A stretch of DNA of 37,048 bases from NCBI RefSeq assembly GCF_006345805.1, contig NW_021836838.1, forward strand, positions 1-37,048, given 5' to 3'. Made by a program: the position numbers and the translations under genes. Shown in pieces: positions 10,327-21,801 of this stretch. Source of the stretch: Octopus sinensis. Lineage: Eukaryota. Under the pieces are notes generated by a model, which did not search any database, was not told the origin of the DNA, and worked only from the letters and a program-made list of their open reading frames with translations. Every line of letters starts with the position of its first letter. Within the stretch, counting starts at the first letter, position 1.

Positions 10327-10950
10327 ATACTACAAAATTAGAAAATGGAGAAACATACTTAAATCAATAAAACATCAACTATCAGATGATACCTAATCAA
10401 TCCTTTATATTTTTTATTTTTATATTTTTTATATTTTTATACTTATATGTATATGGAAAAATAATTTTTTCACAATTATAACAAATTTAATTCTCTGAAG
10501 AGGCCGTGGGGCATCCTTGTTAATGCCTCATTTATACCTGCCTTTATGGCTTATAGGTTAAATGAGGTATGACTGCCCTTGCTGCCGAAACAGCTGTCAG
10601 ATATGATTTAATTACATATTATATTTGAAATTTTATACATATATTTCCTTGTCTATTTACATTTACTGTATATTTTGTATAATGCCTTTACTGATATGTA
10701 ATGGTGTAATAAAGTATTGATTGGGTATCATCTGATAGTTGATGTTTTATTGATTTAAGTATGTTTCTCCATTTTCTAATTTTGTAGTATTAATTTACGG
10801 TAATATTATTACCTTTACCCATATAATACAATAGATGAACTGATTGTTTGGCAATTTTTAACATCTATGTATTAGTCTTGTTGGGTACCTATCTAGCAGT
10901 ATATTGGATATATGTTATCCCATGGTGGGTTGAATTTTCAACCCCTATCT
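10327..10950 (+). mobile_element. Non-autonomous PLE pseudo-LTR-like insertion with an inverted 5' segment (82-bp inverted repeat 10327-10408 / 10709-10790), between (TA)n tracts
   Basis: The two arms match at 80 of 82 positions and enclose a hammerhead motif. An inverted pLTR segment, a hammerhead and microsatellite insertion sites are established features of Penelope-like elements. Confidence 0.7.
10492..10601 (+). ncRNA. Type I hammerhead ribozyme with extended stem II
   Basis: Core CTGAAGA at 10495-10501. Stem II spans 10502-10586 and is closed by GGC/GCC. GAAA at 10587-10590. Palindromic stem III is AC-AGCT-GT. The predicted cleavage triplet is GTC (cut after 10598). Stem I is TCT(10492-10494)/AGA(10599-10601). 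Confidence 0.8.
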
Positions 10951-10959
10951 CATTTTATA

Positions 10960-11007
<48 letters not shown>

Positions 11008-11045
11008 TATTTATATATATATATGTATATATGTATGAAACAAAT

Positions 11046-12207
11046 CGCTTGCCGTGAATTACCGTCCAATCTCACTCACCTCTCATATCATTAAGGTATT
11101 TGAGAGAGTGCTGAGATCGCGTATGACTCCCTTCCTTGAGAGTCATAATATGCTGAACTCCAACCAGCATGGATTCCGTAATGGAAGAGATTGCCTGACG
11201 CAGCTACTGCATCATTTTGATGTCATTTTGAGAGCCTTGGGAGAGGGCTCCAACACTGATGTCATCTTCCTCGATTTCAGCAAGGCCTTTGACAGGGTTG
11301 ATCATAAGATCCTTTTGAGAAAGCTGTCCAATATTGGTGTCACTGGAAAGCTGCTGCAGTGGATCAAGTGCTCCCTGTCTAACAGAACCCAACATGTTGT
11401 AGTCGAAGGAGTCAAATCCATCCCAGCCAAAGTCAGCAGTGGTGTCCCACAAGGCACTGTGTTGGGCCCACTTCTCTTCATCATCTACATTAATGATATT
11501 ACTGACACCATCAAACACAATAACATCAGAACTTTCGCTGATGATTCCAAGCTCCAGAAGGTCATCAATGGCGTGGATGACCGAATAAACCTTCAGTCAT
11601 ACCTACTGGCTGTTGTCCAATGGGCGGAAAAGAATAACATGTTACTAACGAAGACAAATTCGAACTGATCCACTTTGGAAGGGAGGACGCTCTAAAACTC
11701 CCATACTCTCTTCCTTCTGGAGAAATTCTCATGGCGTCTAACAACATCAGAGACTTGGGAGTAACAGTGGACAACAACATAAGCTGGGCTACACATATAA
11801 GCAGCAAAGTTGATATGGCCCGCAGAATGTGTTCCTGGATTCTCAGAACCTTCCAGTCGAGAGATTTCCCACACCATTATCCTTCTTTCTCCATTTTGCC
11901 CGACCCCACCTTGAATACCGCTGTCCACTGTGGTCTCCCTACACAAAACAAAATATTATGAGAATTGAAGCTCCCCAAAGGTCAATCACAAAAAAGGTAG
12001 ATGGCATGTCAGACCTTGGACAAATTCCTTCAAACAGTCCCGGACAAACAACCCACACCCGGATATGTCTCCGCAAACAATAACTCTCTGCTCGAATGGG
12101 CCTTGGTGCCCAAATCCTGAACTGAAAGACTTCGCCAGGTGGTGCTATTAAGTTAGACATGGCCTGGGCCAATACTGGCCAAAACCTTTCTAAGTTATTC
12201 TAAGTTA
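11046..12207 (+). mobile_element. CR1-clade LINE, 5'-truncated RT fragment with frameshifts, an internal deletion and a 3' tandem tail
   Basis: NYRPISLTS..NQHGFR..FLDFSKAFDRVDH..SGVPQGTVLGPLLFIIYIND..FADD, then RDLGVTVDN and RPHLEY..WSPY, then LDKFLQTVPD..PGYVSANNNSLLEW. The tail is (TTCTAAGTTA)2 at 12188-12207. Confidence 0.9.
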
Positions 12208-12235
12208 CATATATATATATATACTACATTCATAT

Positions 12236-12285
<50 letters not shown>

Positions 12286-12345
12286 GTATATATATACATA
12301 TATGCACACATATATATATACACACACACACACATATATATATTA
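12208..12345. repeat. (TA)n-rich microsatellite
   Basis: Directly visible. Confidence 0.95.
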
Positions 12346-12624
12346 TGTACTTTTCAACTGTTATATTAATGGTTTTAGACCCTTTTAGCAGTTTTAATGC
12401 TACACACCCCACTAATACCAGAAATCCTTTTAAAAATATTGAACCATGTATGAGAGATTTTAAGAAAGAAAAATGTACTTTAATATTTTGCTTGATAGGA
12501 AAAAAAATTAAGTGCATTTTATCAGGAATGATTTTAAGTTGTGATTGACTGTGTTGTAAAACATTTATTTTTCCTGATTATTCATTAAAAAATATAACAA
12601 AATGTGGTATATTTATTTTGCATG

Positions 12625-12636
12625 CATATATGCATA

Positions 12637-12667
<31 letters not shown>

Positions 12668-12830
12668 ATGCATGAATGTATGTATGTATGTATGTATGTT
12701 TGTTTGTATGTATGTATGTATGTATGCATGTATGTATGTATGTATGTATGTATGTATGTATGTATGTATGTATGTATGTATGTATGTGTGTGTGTATGTA
12801 TGTATGTATGTATGTATGTGTGTATGTATG
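12625..12830. repeat. (TATG)n microsatellite
   Basis: Directly visible. Confidence 0.97.
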
Positions 12831-13159
12831 TAACCTATTTTGTTCTGTTGAGCAAGCCTTAATATGGGAAAGTCCTAACATCTTGATAAACATTGCTATT
12901 TCATTTGTGTCTGAGTGTATATATTATTGCCAAATGGAAAAAAAAACCCTCTAATATGCATTTTCATACATGCACACACAAACATTAACACATTCACATA
13001 CACACACATGTATATGAAAGAATTCAATAATGGTAGGATTATAACTATTATGTTAATTCAGTGAAATATAGATCAAGAAATACCTGGACAAATTAATTTC
13101 ATCGTGTTAAATAGGGATCATCAGCAAGATTAGAAAGAAAATGTGTCTGCCACGAGCAG

Positions 13160-13309
<150 letters not shown>

Positions 13310-13310
<1 letters not shown>

Positions 13311-13960
13311 ATCATCATCGTTTAACGTCCGCTTTCCATGGGTTGGATGATTTGACCGAGGACTGGTGAACTAGATGGCTGCACAAGGCTCCAGTCAGAT
13401 CTAGTAGAGTTTCTACAGCTGGATGCCCTTCCTAACACCAACCACTCCGAGAGTGTGTGTGTGTGTTTGTGTATATACATACATACACTCACATTAACAC
13501 ACATATACACACACATGTATATATTAATATACATATATATATATATATATATACATCATCATCGTTTAACGTCCGCTTTCCATGCTAGCATGGGTTGGAT
13601 GATTTGACCGAGGACTGGTGAACTAGATGGCTGCAGCAGGCTCCAGTCAGATCTAGTAGAATTTCTACAGTTGGATGCCCTTCCTAACACCAACCACTCC
13701 GAGAGTGTAGTGGGTGCTTTTACATGCCACCGGCATGAGGGCCAGTGAGGTGGTACTGGCAACGACCACACTCTAATGGTGCTTTTTTACGTGCCACCTG
13801 CACAGGAGCCAGTCCAGCTGCACTGGCAACAATCTTGCTCAAATGGTATTTCACGTGCCACCAACATTTTTATGTGCCACCGGCACGGAAGCCAGTCAGC
13901 TGCTCTGGCAACGATCACACTCAGATGGTGCTCTTAGCGCACTACTGGTATAGGTGCCAG
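13310..13960 (-). mobile_element. RTE 3' UTR fragments, locally duplicated (13310-13458 and 13554-13960)
   Basis: Both begin CATCATCATCGTTTAACGTCCGCTTTCCATG and share GAGGACTGGTGAACTAGATGGCTGCA. Same family as 2696-2900. Confidence 0.8.
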
Positions 13961-14239
13961 TCATTGAATTTAAAGAAAATATATATAAAACAAAAGAGAA
14001 ACAAAAAGAAACAAAGAGAGAGTGAGTGAGAGAGAGAGAGAGAATGAGAGGGAGAGAGGTGAAAGTGAAAGTGTTGAAAGAGAAAAAGAAGAGGAAGGAA
14101 AGTGAGACACACACATACAGATGTATATATGTGATCGGCTTGAAAATTATTAACATTTTAAGCTATTTTCTTAACATGAAACCACTGCTACCCTTAATAC
14201 ACAAATGTATGTATGTTTGAATGTATGTATACACATGCA

Positions 14240-14286
<47 letters not shown>

Positions 14287-14320
14287 GATCTATCTATATA
14301 TATATATATATATATATAAC
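14240..14320. repeat. (TATC)n(TA)n microsatellite
   Basis: Directly visible. Confidence 0.95.
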
Positions 14321-15786
14321 ATATAACAATATTGACCAAGGTTACCGTGGTCTTTTCGTAGGCTTTCTCCCACGGATAAACCTTACTTGCTTCCCCTTTA
14401 CACCATATATCATAACACTGTGATACACGATCCCTATTGATCGTTCTTTTTTTTTCCTCTTCCCCCTTTTCCCCCTTTTTCTTCTTTTTCATTTCTCTTT
14501 TCTTTTGTTCCTTTCCCTTCTTTCTTTTTTTATTCTTTTTATTTTTTATTCAATTATTTTTTCATTTTTTTTGTTCTTTTCTTCCCTTTTACGATCAAAA
14601 ACCTACGCCACCCCCTTTTTTTCATCCCCCAAAAGAAAAGCTCTACCTTGTAACTTGTCCCATCTGTGTGCAGCCCTGTGTGGCCAAAAAAAATAACTTA
14701 TCTATATATATATATATGAACGATCAGAAAAAATTCCAATAAATGTAGTGCAAATAATACGAAAAGAAACAAATTCTTTATCCTTTTGTTAAAGATGGCT
14801 AAGATTTAGAGATGAAGAGAGAGAGAGAGAGGAGAAGGCGAGAAAGACAGAGAGAGTGATTGACTGAGGGGTTACTTTACAATATTCCACATCCAATATC
14901 TCATAGTCTTGAGTTCAATTCCTACTAGGTATGCTTCTGCCTGTCATTCTTCTCATAAGAGTTGATAAAAATGAAAATAAAGTTTTGGTAATGTACCAGT
15001 GGAAAGTCAGTCAAGCATTTCCCCATCCCCTTTCACCCGCCCCCCCTTCTACCTGCAAACCCCCTATCATCACTGGTTACCACCTAAAAAGTTATAGGGG
15101 TGGTGGGTGGGTGTGTACACATCTTAGAAATCAATATTGAGGAAAGATTTGCCAGCAGCTGTGATATGAGGCTGAAATTATTGTTGAGTCAGCAATGGAT
15201 TGTTCCGGATGATAAAATCAGTGATGCCAATAGAGTAAGATCCTGAAATAGAAGTCGTTGCTGGATAATTGAAGGAGTGAGAGAGGAGAAAAGAAGGAAA
15301 AAGTATGGAAGGAGAGAGGGGAAGTAAAAAATGGGAAAGAAGAAAAGAGTCAGGGGAATAACCGAGTGAGAGGGAGCTAGGGTAGTTGGTGTGAGAAAAG
15401 ATTTTTTTAAGAGTATATATATAAAACAAAGGAGAAATGGAAAGAGAGAGAGAGGGGTGGTGGAGGGAGGGAGAGAGGTAAAAGTGAAAGTGTTGAAAGA
15501 GAAGAAGAGAAGGAAAGTGAGAAATATATATGTAAAGAGAGAGAGAGAGAGGGGGTGAGTGAAAGAAGAGAATAGAATACAAAATATATAGAAAAATATG
15601 AAATGTAATGTTTATATGTGTTTATGTATATTTCTTAAGATATTTTTTATTTCTTTCTCTTTTTCAATCAAACACTGTCTCGTCCCCCATACAAACACAC
15701 ATACACACACATATATTTGTAGATATGTGTGATTCTGTGCTTGTGTGTGTGTGTGTGTGTATGTATATATCGTCATCATCATCATC

Positions 15787-15815
<29 letters not shown>

Positions 15816-15818
<3 letters not shown>

Positions 15819-16086
15819 GAGGCGCAATGGCCTAGCGGTTTCGATTCCCAGACCGGGCGTTGTGAGTGTTTATTGAGCGAAAACAACTAAAAGCTCCACG
15901 AGGCTCCGGCAGGGGGTGGCGATTCCTGCTGTACTCTTTCACCACAACTTTCTCTCGCTCTTTCTTCTGTTGCCTGCTCGCTTAGCCAGGGGATGGTGTC
16001 ATTCAAAGGCTAAACAATGCGAACGCATTGTGACCAGCGATTGTAACAACATCTAATAGCCTGGTCGGTCACGTGATCACGTGATA
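15816..16086 (+). mobile_element. tRNA-derived SINE family C (head partly deleted), (CACGTGAT)2 tail
   Basis: GTGGAGGCGCAATGGCCTAGCGGTT..TCGATTCCC; homologous to 18886-19186. Confidence 0.75.
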
Positions 16087-16203
16087 TAATATAGTGATAT
16101 ATATATATATATATATATACATACATATATATATTATATTATATGTATATATATATGTATATATATATATATATAATATATCATGATGTATATATATATA
16201 TAT

Positions 16204-16355
16204 GCAGGAGTGGCTGTGTGGTAAGTAGCTTGCTAACAACCACATGGTCCGGGTCATTCCACCACGTGGCATCTGGGCAAGTTTCTTCTGCTATAGCCCC
16301 CGGCGACCAATGCCTTGTGATGGATTGTTAGACGGAAACTGAAAGAAGCCTGTCG

Positions 16356-16403
<48 letters not shown>

Positions 16404-16620
16404 ATGTGTGTGTGTGTCTGTGTTGTCCCCCCTAGCATTGCTTGACAACCGATGCTGTGTGTGTTACGTCCCCGTCACTTAGCGGTTCGGCAAAACAGAC
16501 CGATAGAATAAGTACTGGGCTTACAAAGAATAAGTCCCGGGGTCGATTTGCTCGACTAAAGGCGGTGCTCCAGCATGGCCGCAGTCAAATGACTGAAACA
16601 AGTAAAAGAGTAAGGAGTAA
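16204..16620 (+). mobile_element. tRNA-derived SINE family B, full length, with internal (TA)n(TG)n
   Basis: GCAGGAGTGGCTGTGTGGTAAG (A-box-like), degenerate B box, internal microsatellite at about 16355-16420, and 3' end GCAGTCAAATGACTGAAACAAGTAAAAGAG. Confidence 0.85.
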
Positions 16621-16688
16621 TATATATATATATACACACATATATATATATATAATATATATACACATAAATATATATATAGAGAGAG

Positions 16689-16735
<47 letters not shown>

Positions 16736-16744
16736 TGCGTGTAG

Positions 16745-16890
16745 GTGTGGCTGTGTAGTCATGAAGCTTACATGCCAATCATGCGGTCTAGAGTTCAGTC
16801 TATACAGTACTTTGAGCAAGTGTCTTCTTCTGTAGACATGGGCCAACAAAAGCCTTGTGAGTGGATTTGGTATATGGGAATCGAAGGATG
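16745..16890 (+). mobile_element. SINE family B, degenerate 5' half
   Basis: GTGTGGCTGTGTAG..GAGTTCAGTC..TTGAGCAAGTGTCTTCT..CCTTGTGAGTGGATTTGGTA. Confidence 0.65.
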
Positions 16891-16919
16891 TATGTGTGTG
16901 TGCATGTGTGTGTGTGTGT

Positions 16920-17040
16920 ATCCATACCTACCTACATACATGCACATACATACAGAGAGACTGACACACACATACATACACATATACATACATATACATA
17001 CATACATACATACATACACACACACACATACATGCATTCA

Positions 17041-17072
<32 letters not shown>

Positions 17073-17136
17073 CACATACATACATACATACATACATATA
17101 CACATACATACATACACACACACATACATGCATTCA

Positions 17137-17168
<32 letters not shown>

Positions 17169-17535
17169 CACATACATACATACATATACACATACATACA
17201 TACACACACACATACATGCATTCATACATACATACATACATACACACACACACATACACACACACATACATACATACATACACACACACATACACACACA
17301 TACATACATACACACATACATACATACATACATACATACCTACACACACACAGACACATACAAACACACACACATACATACATACACACACACATAAATA
17401 CATACACATACACACATACACATACACACACACACACATACACACAGATACATACATACATACATTCATACACACACACACATACATACATACACACACA
17501 CAGATACATACATACATACATACATACATACACAC
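16920..17535. repeat. Long (CATA)n/(CA)n compound microsatellite
   Basis: Directly visible; source of several spurious ORFs. Confidence 0.97.
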
Positions 17536-17856
17536 TGCTGTAAATGTGCATTGCTATCATACAAGTGATGCTTGTTTCCAGTCTTCCATGGCTAGAATAT
17601 TACCTTGCTTCAAAACAAGTAAGTGTTGGTGATAGGAAGTATGCTTGGTCATACAAAATCTGTCTCAACAAATTCTGTCTGGCCTATGGATATTAAATGA
17701 TGAGGATGATGTGTGTGTGGGCGAGTGTGTGTGAACACAGAAAACGTAACTGGTATTTTATGCTTTATATAGCGTACATGCTTTTCAGTATATATATATA
17801 AACATGCATTTAAAATGTGTGTTTATAAAGACAGAAAAGGGGGACAAGCATGTATA

Positions 17857-18227
17857 TCTCTCTATATATAAACGGCAGTTTGTCTGTCTGTGTTTCTGTG
17901 TGTCTGTTAGGTTGTACCCTCACCCTGACCACGGCTTTCAACCGATTCTGATGAAACTTGACACACACATAGCCCAATGTCATAATTCAAAACTAACGCA
18001 GCGAAAAGTTTGAAAAGTTCCCCCAGTTCTGAGAAAAAAATCGATAAATTCGACATGGGGTCGAGAATCAGAAACACAAACCACAGACTGTCTAGGGGAC
18101 GCAACTCGACCTTTTTAACTAAAAAAATTTACCATCATTTCTTTTCCATTTTTTGGCTATAACTCTCTAAAAATACTTTATAGTTATTTCCCTTACAAAC
18201 CCGAGCAACGCCGGGCGATACTGCTAG
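17857..18227 (+). mobile_element. Non-autonomous Helitron, apparently complete (371 bp)
   Basis: 5' A|TCTCTCTATATATAAA; subterminal hairpin CCCGAGCAACGCCGGG at 18200-18215; 3' CTAG|T at 18224-18228; A|T insertion site; no TSD. Confidence 0.8.
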
Positions 18228-18885
18228 TATAACATATTGTATTATTTTTACTAGATGTTACACAAATTGAGCCACAAAAATATTTTTTACAGTTGTTTCA
18301 AAAATAAGACAACCATTTTGGGAAATTCCTCAAGGAAAGAAGCAGCACTTTTGTGACATCCATCTACCACACTGCCATCATTGACATGATTTGACAGACC
18401 TCCAGAACCTCCTTTTAGCATGTAATGCTAGCAAAGGCTTTGCTGCTGCTGGCGCTGTTTATATTGTGCCAGGTTACATCGTTAAATAGAACATTTGTAG
18501 AACAAGTTTGCATTTTGGAGTATCAGACTGTGACAGCCTGAGCTGACAAATCTATTTTCTTTTTTCATTGTTATTTTTATTTTTCTCTTTAATCCTGTTC
18601 TGAATTCTTTTTATCTTGCTTTCAAATTCATGTTCATGAATGTTATTTGATCCCATTTTAGGATGGTGTGCGTGCAGTGCTACTCACGTTTTTGTTAACA
18701 CCTATCTCTGCTCTTCTTCTGGAAGAGCCATGTTGAAAAATATGTAAATGCAAGAAATGTTTTTCAGAAGCATAAATTAATGCCTAAAAGGCAGAACTTT
18801 TGCTTACATCAACTATCGGGATAGAAGCCCTGTTTGGAAAACAATTTAAAAAGGAAAGAAATTTCATCCAGTAAAACTTGGTAAT

Positions 18886-19186
18886 GTGGAGGCGCAATGG
18901 CCTAGTGGTTAGGGCAGCGGACTTGCAATCGAGGATCACGGTTTCGATGCCCAGACTGGGTGTCGTGTGTGTTTATTGAGTGAAAACACCTAAAAGCTCC
19001 ATGAGGCCCCGCAGGGGGTGGTGGTGACCTCTGTTGTACTCTTTTGCCCCAACTTTCTCTCATTCTTTCTTCCTGCTTCATGGATAACGCTGCGATGGAC
19101 TGGTGTCCCCTCCAGCTGGGGGGAACACATATGCCACAGAAACTGGGAAACCGGACCCATGAGCCTGGCTAGGCTTGAAAAAAAAG
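18886..19186 (+). mobile_element. tRNA-derived SINE family C, full length with 11-bp TSD
   Basis: Head GTGGAGGCGCAATGGCCTAGTGGTTAGGGCAGCGGAC..GGTTTCGATGCCC, A-rich tail, TSD AACTTGGTAAT at 18875-18885 and 19187-19197. Confidence 0.9.
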
Positions 19187-19475
19187 AACTTGGTAATAAT
19201 CAAATTTCTTTGAGTGGTCATAAGTACACACATATATGGCAAACACAACAACAACAGCATCAACAACAGCAGGAGCAACAGATGTTGCAACTTTCACCTT
19301 ACAGAAGAAGGACTAAGCATATAGAAATGAATATTTATGCATCCTTCAATATAGATCATATCATCTCTGTGGTATGTTTTCCAAGATAATGGACCATACT
19401 GTATCAGGATGTCCTATACAATCTCCCACAAAAGATACTTGGAAGTACCATGTTGTAGCAAAGCTGCTCTACATA

Positions 19476-19687
19476 CCATATACGCTGGTGTATAAGGTGC
19501 AATTTTTTTCATTCTGAAATATAACAAAAAACTGCTTTGCAGCTAATGTGACTGTATTATGGATGGGATACCGAGTGTATATGATGAAACATAATCAATT
19601 TGTTTTCATTTCTTTTCTTTTTTTCCCACAAAAAGAGTAGGGAGTTTGTCTCATTTGAGAGTGGGTCTTATACACCAGAAAATATGA
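19476..19687. mobile_element. Degenerate Tc1/pogo-type MITE
   Basis: Imperfect TIRs: left CCATATACGCTGGTGTATAAG versus reverse-complemented right TCATATTTTCTGGTGTATAAG, flanked by TA on both sides. Confidence 0.5.
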
Positions 19688-19834
19688 TATGTCTTGCCAC
19701 ACCATTTCGACTAAACAGATAAAATGATTGGTACTTGTATGAACCTCTGTCTGCCTTAGAAAATGATGACGTGAAAATACTATATAACTTGAGCATACAA
19801 ATAGGAGGAGGAGGAGCCGGCCCCCTTCGGTCAT

Positions 19835-20155
19835 AAATGACCATGGGATTGCACCTAGAAAGTTACCCTCTGAGGCATAAGTCTGGGCAAGGTTGTTTGT
19901 GGAAGGCCAGCAGTAGCCCTTGCATGCCAGCCTCCCCTCCTTTCCACACCACCGATGTTATCCAAGGGAAGTCAAAGGGGCCGATACAGCTTGGCACCTT
20001 TGACGTCGCAACTCATTTCTACAGCTGAGTTAACTGGAGCAACGTGAAATAAAATGTCTTGGTCAAGAACACAACATGTAACCCGGTCTGGGAATTGAAC
20101 TCACAACCTCACAATTGTAAACTTGATGCTCTAACCACTGAGCCATGTGCCTTCA
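19835..20155 (-). mobile_element. tRNA-derived SINE family D
   Basis: Reverse complement TGAAGGCACATGGCTCAGTGGTTAGAGC..GAGTTCAATTCCC..CAAGACATTTTATTTCACGTTGCTCCAGT; head and core shared with 31955-32290. Confidence 0.8.
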
Positions 20156-20672
20156 TTTACAAATAACAGCTGATAATATAGTATATATAAATGTAAGATA
20201 ATTTTTCCTGATAAAATGGCAGTAACATAGTTATTGTCATGGCAATACCAAATAATTGTGAAGTTGTATAGAGTTAAGTGCCTTGACCCTTCTGAATGCA
20301 AAGCAGTTTCTGTGAAGGACAGAAATGAGCCGTCAGCCAACATGGTGCTTGTCCCTAACTCATAGCAATTCTAACTTTTAAAAAGAAAAGAAAAATGAAA
20401 TTTTGTCAACCAAAGGTGAAATAATTTTGTGGTAATTCAGTTCATCAGTTATGGTCTCTTAAACTTTAATGATTTGATCATCTGTTTCTTCTACACATGT
20501 AATATATTAATCAGAGTAGTTTTTTGTGCCATGAGGAATACCTACATGAAGACTTTTTCTTCAAATAGGTGTATTTAGAGCAATTCTGCTTCCCTGAAGT
20601 TTTTCCTGTCTCATGTTAAAGTAACTGAATACAGTATGGAAAGGTAAATCACTCATTAATATTAAAGGTTTA

Positions 20673-21075
20673 GGTGGTGGTTGAGCTGGCAGAATTGTTA
20701 GTACACTAGACAAAATGCTTAGCAGCATTTTAGTGATCTGAGTTCAAATTCTGTTGAGGTCAATTTTTCCTTTCATCTTCTTGGGATCAATAAAATAGTT
20801 ACCAGTTGAGCACTGGGGTCAATATAAATGATTTACTCCCTCCCTCAAAATGTTTGGCCTCTTGCCAAAATTTGAAACCAATATTAATGTACTGGTAAAG
20901 GTGGAAAGCTGGCAGAATCATTAGTATAATGGCCAAAATGCTTAGTGGCATTTTGCCTTTCTTCGCATTTTGAGTGCAAATTCTGCTGAGGTAGACTTTG
21001 TCTTTCATCCTTTCAGAATTGATAACATAAATACCAGTTGAATACTGGGGTCGTTGTAATTGACTTATTCCCTCC
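20673..21075 (+). mobile_element. Two tandem degenerate SINE family A copies (20673-20885, 20899-21075)
   Basis: Each has (G/A)AGCTGGCAGAAT..AAAATGCTTAG..GAGT(T/G)CAAATTCTG..CTTTCATC..ACCAGTTGA..CTGGGGTC. Confidence 0.8.
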
Positions 21076-21077
21076 CC

Positions 21078-21300
21078 TACCTGTGCAGTGGCACATAAAA
21101 GTGCCTGTGTGGTCTCACCTAAAAGCACCCATGCAGTACCAAATAAAAGCACCCAGCACACTCTGTAAAGTCAGTGTTAGGAAGGGCATCCAGCCATAGA
21201 AACCATGCCAAATCAGACTGGAGTCTGATGCAGCTCCCCAGCTTGCCAGCTCTGGACAAACCATCCAACCCATGCCAACATGGACAATGGACATTAAAGG
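21078..21300 (+). mobile_element. RTE 3' UTR fragment followed by (ATT)n
   Basis: GTTAGGAAGGGCATCCAGC..CCAACCCATGCCAACATGGACAATGGACATTAA; (ATT)n tract at 21301-21408. Confidence 0.7.
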
Positions 21301-21342
21301 ATTATTATTATAATTATTATTATTATAATTATTATAATTATA

Positions 21343-21401
<59 letters not shown>

Positions 21402-21801
21402 CATTATTAGTGCTTGGGAGCTCTACATTCTCATGATGCAAAACTTGCTCACTTAAGCATGCAAAACAAACAGGCATTATAAATGATGGCAATGATTACG
21501 ACGATGATAATATGTACTTAGATAGGAACAAGACCCGAAACTTTGATGGAAAGAGTTATTTTATTAAACTTTACTGGTGTTTTATTTTATCAACTCTGGA
21601 AATATAAAAGGTAAAATCGACCTTGGTTTGATTTGAACCCAGAACATAAAGACATGGAACCAATATCTAAGCACATTTTGTCTGATCCTCTAACAACTCT
21701 GTCAATCCAATACCCTTCTTGGTGATGATGTCAGTGATGATTATGATTATGATCATATATACATATATATTATTGTTATTATTATTCATATACATCATGT
21801 A

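Noticed and set aside
13095-13125. Minus-strand CTGATGA...GAAA
   Set aside because: No G-C closed stem II and no stem III or cleavage triplet.
14335-14700. Possible 3' UTR remnant of a Tx1-like LINE
   Set aside because: It is pyrimidine-rich with an A-rich end, but has no coding motif to anchor the call.
16069-16086. Tandem E-boxes (CACGTG x2)
   Set aside because: They are the simple-repeat tail of a SINE, so there is no evidence of regulatory function.
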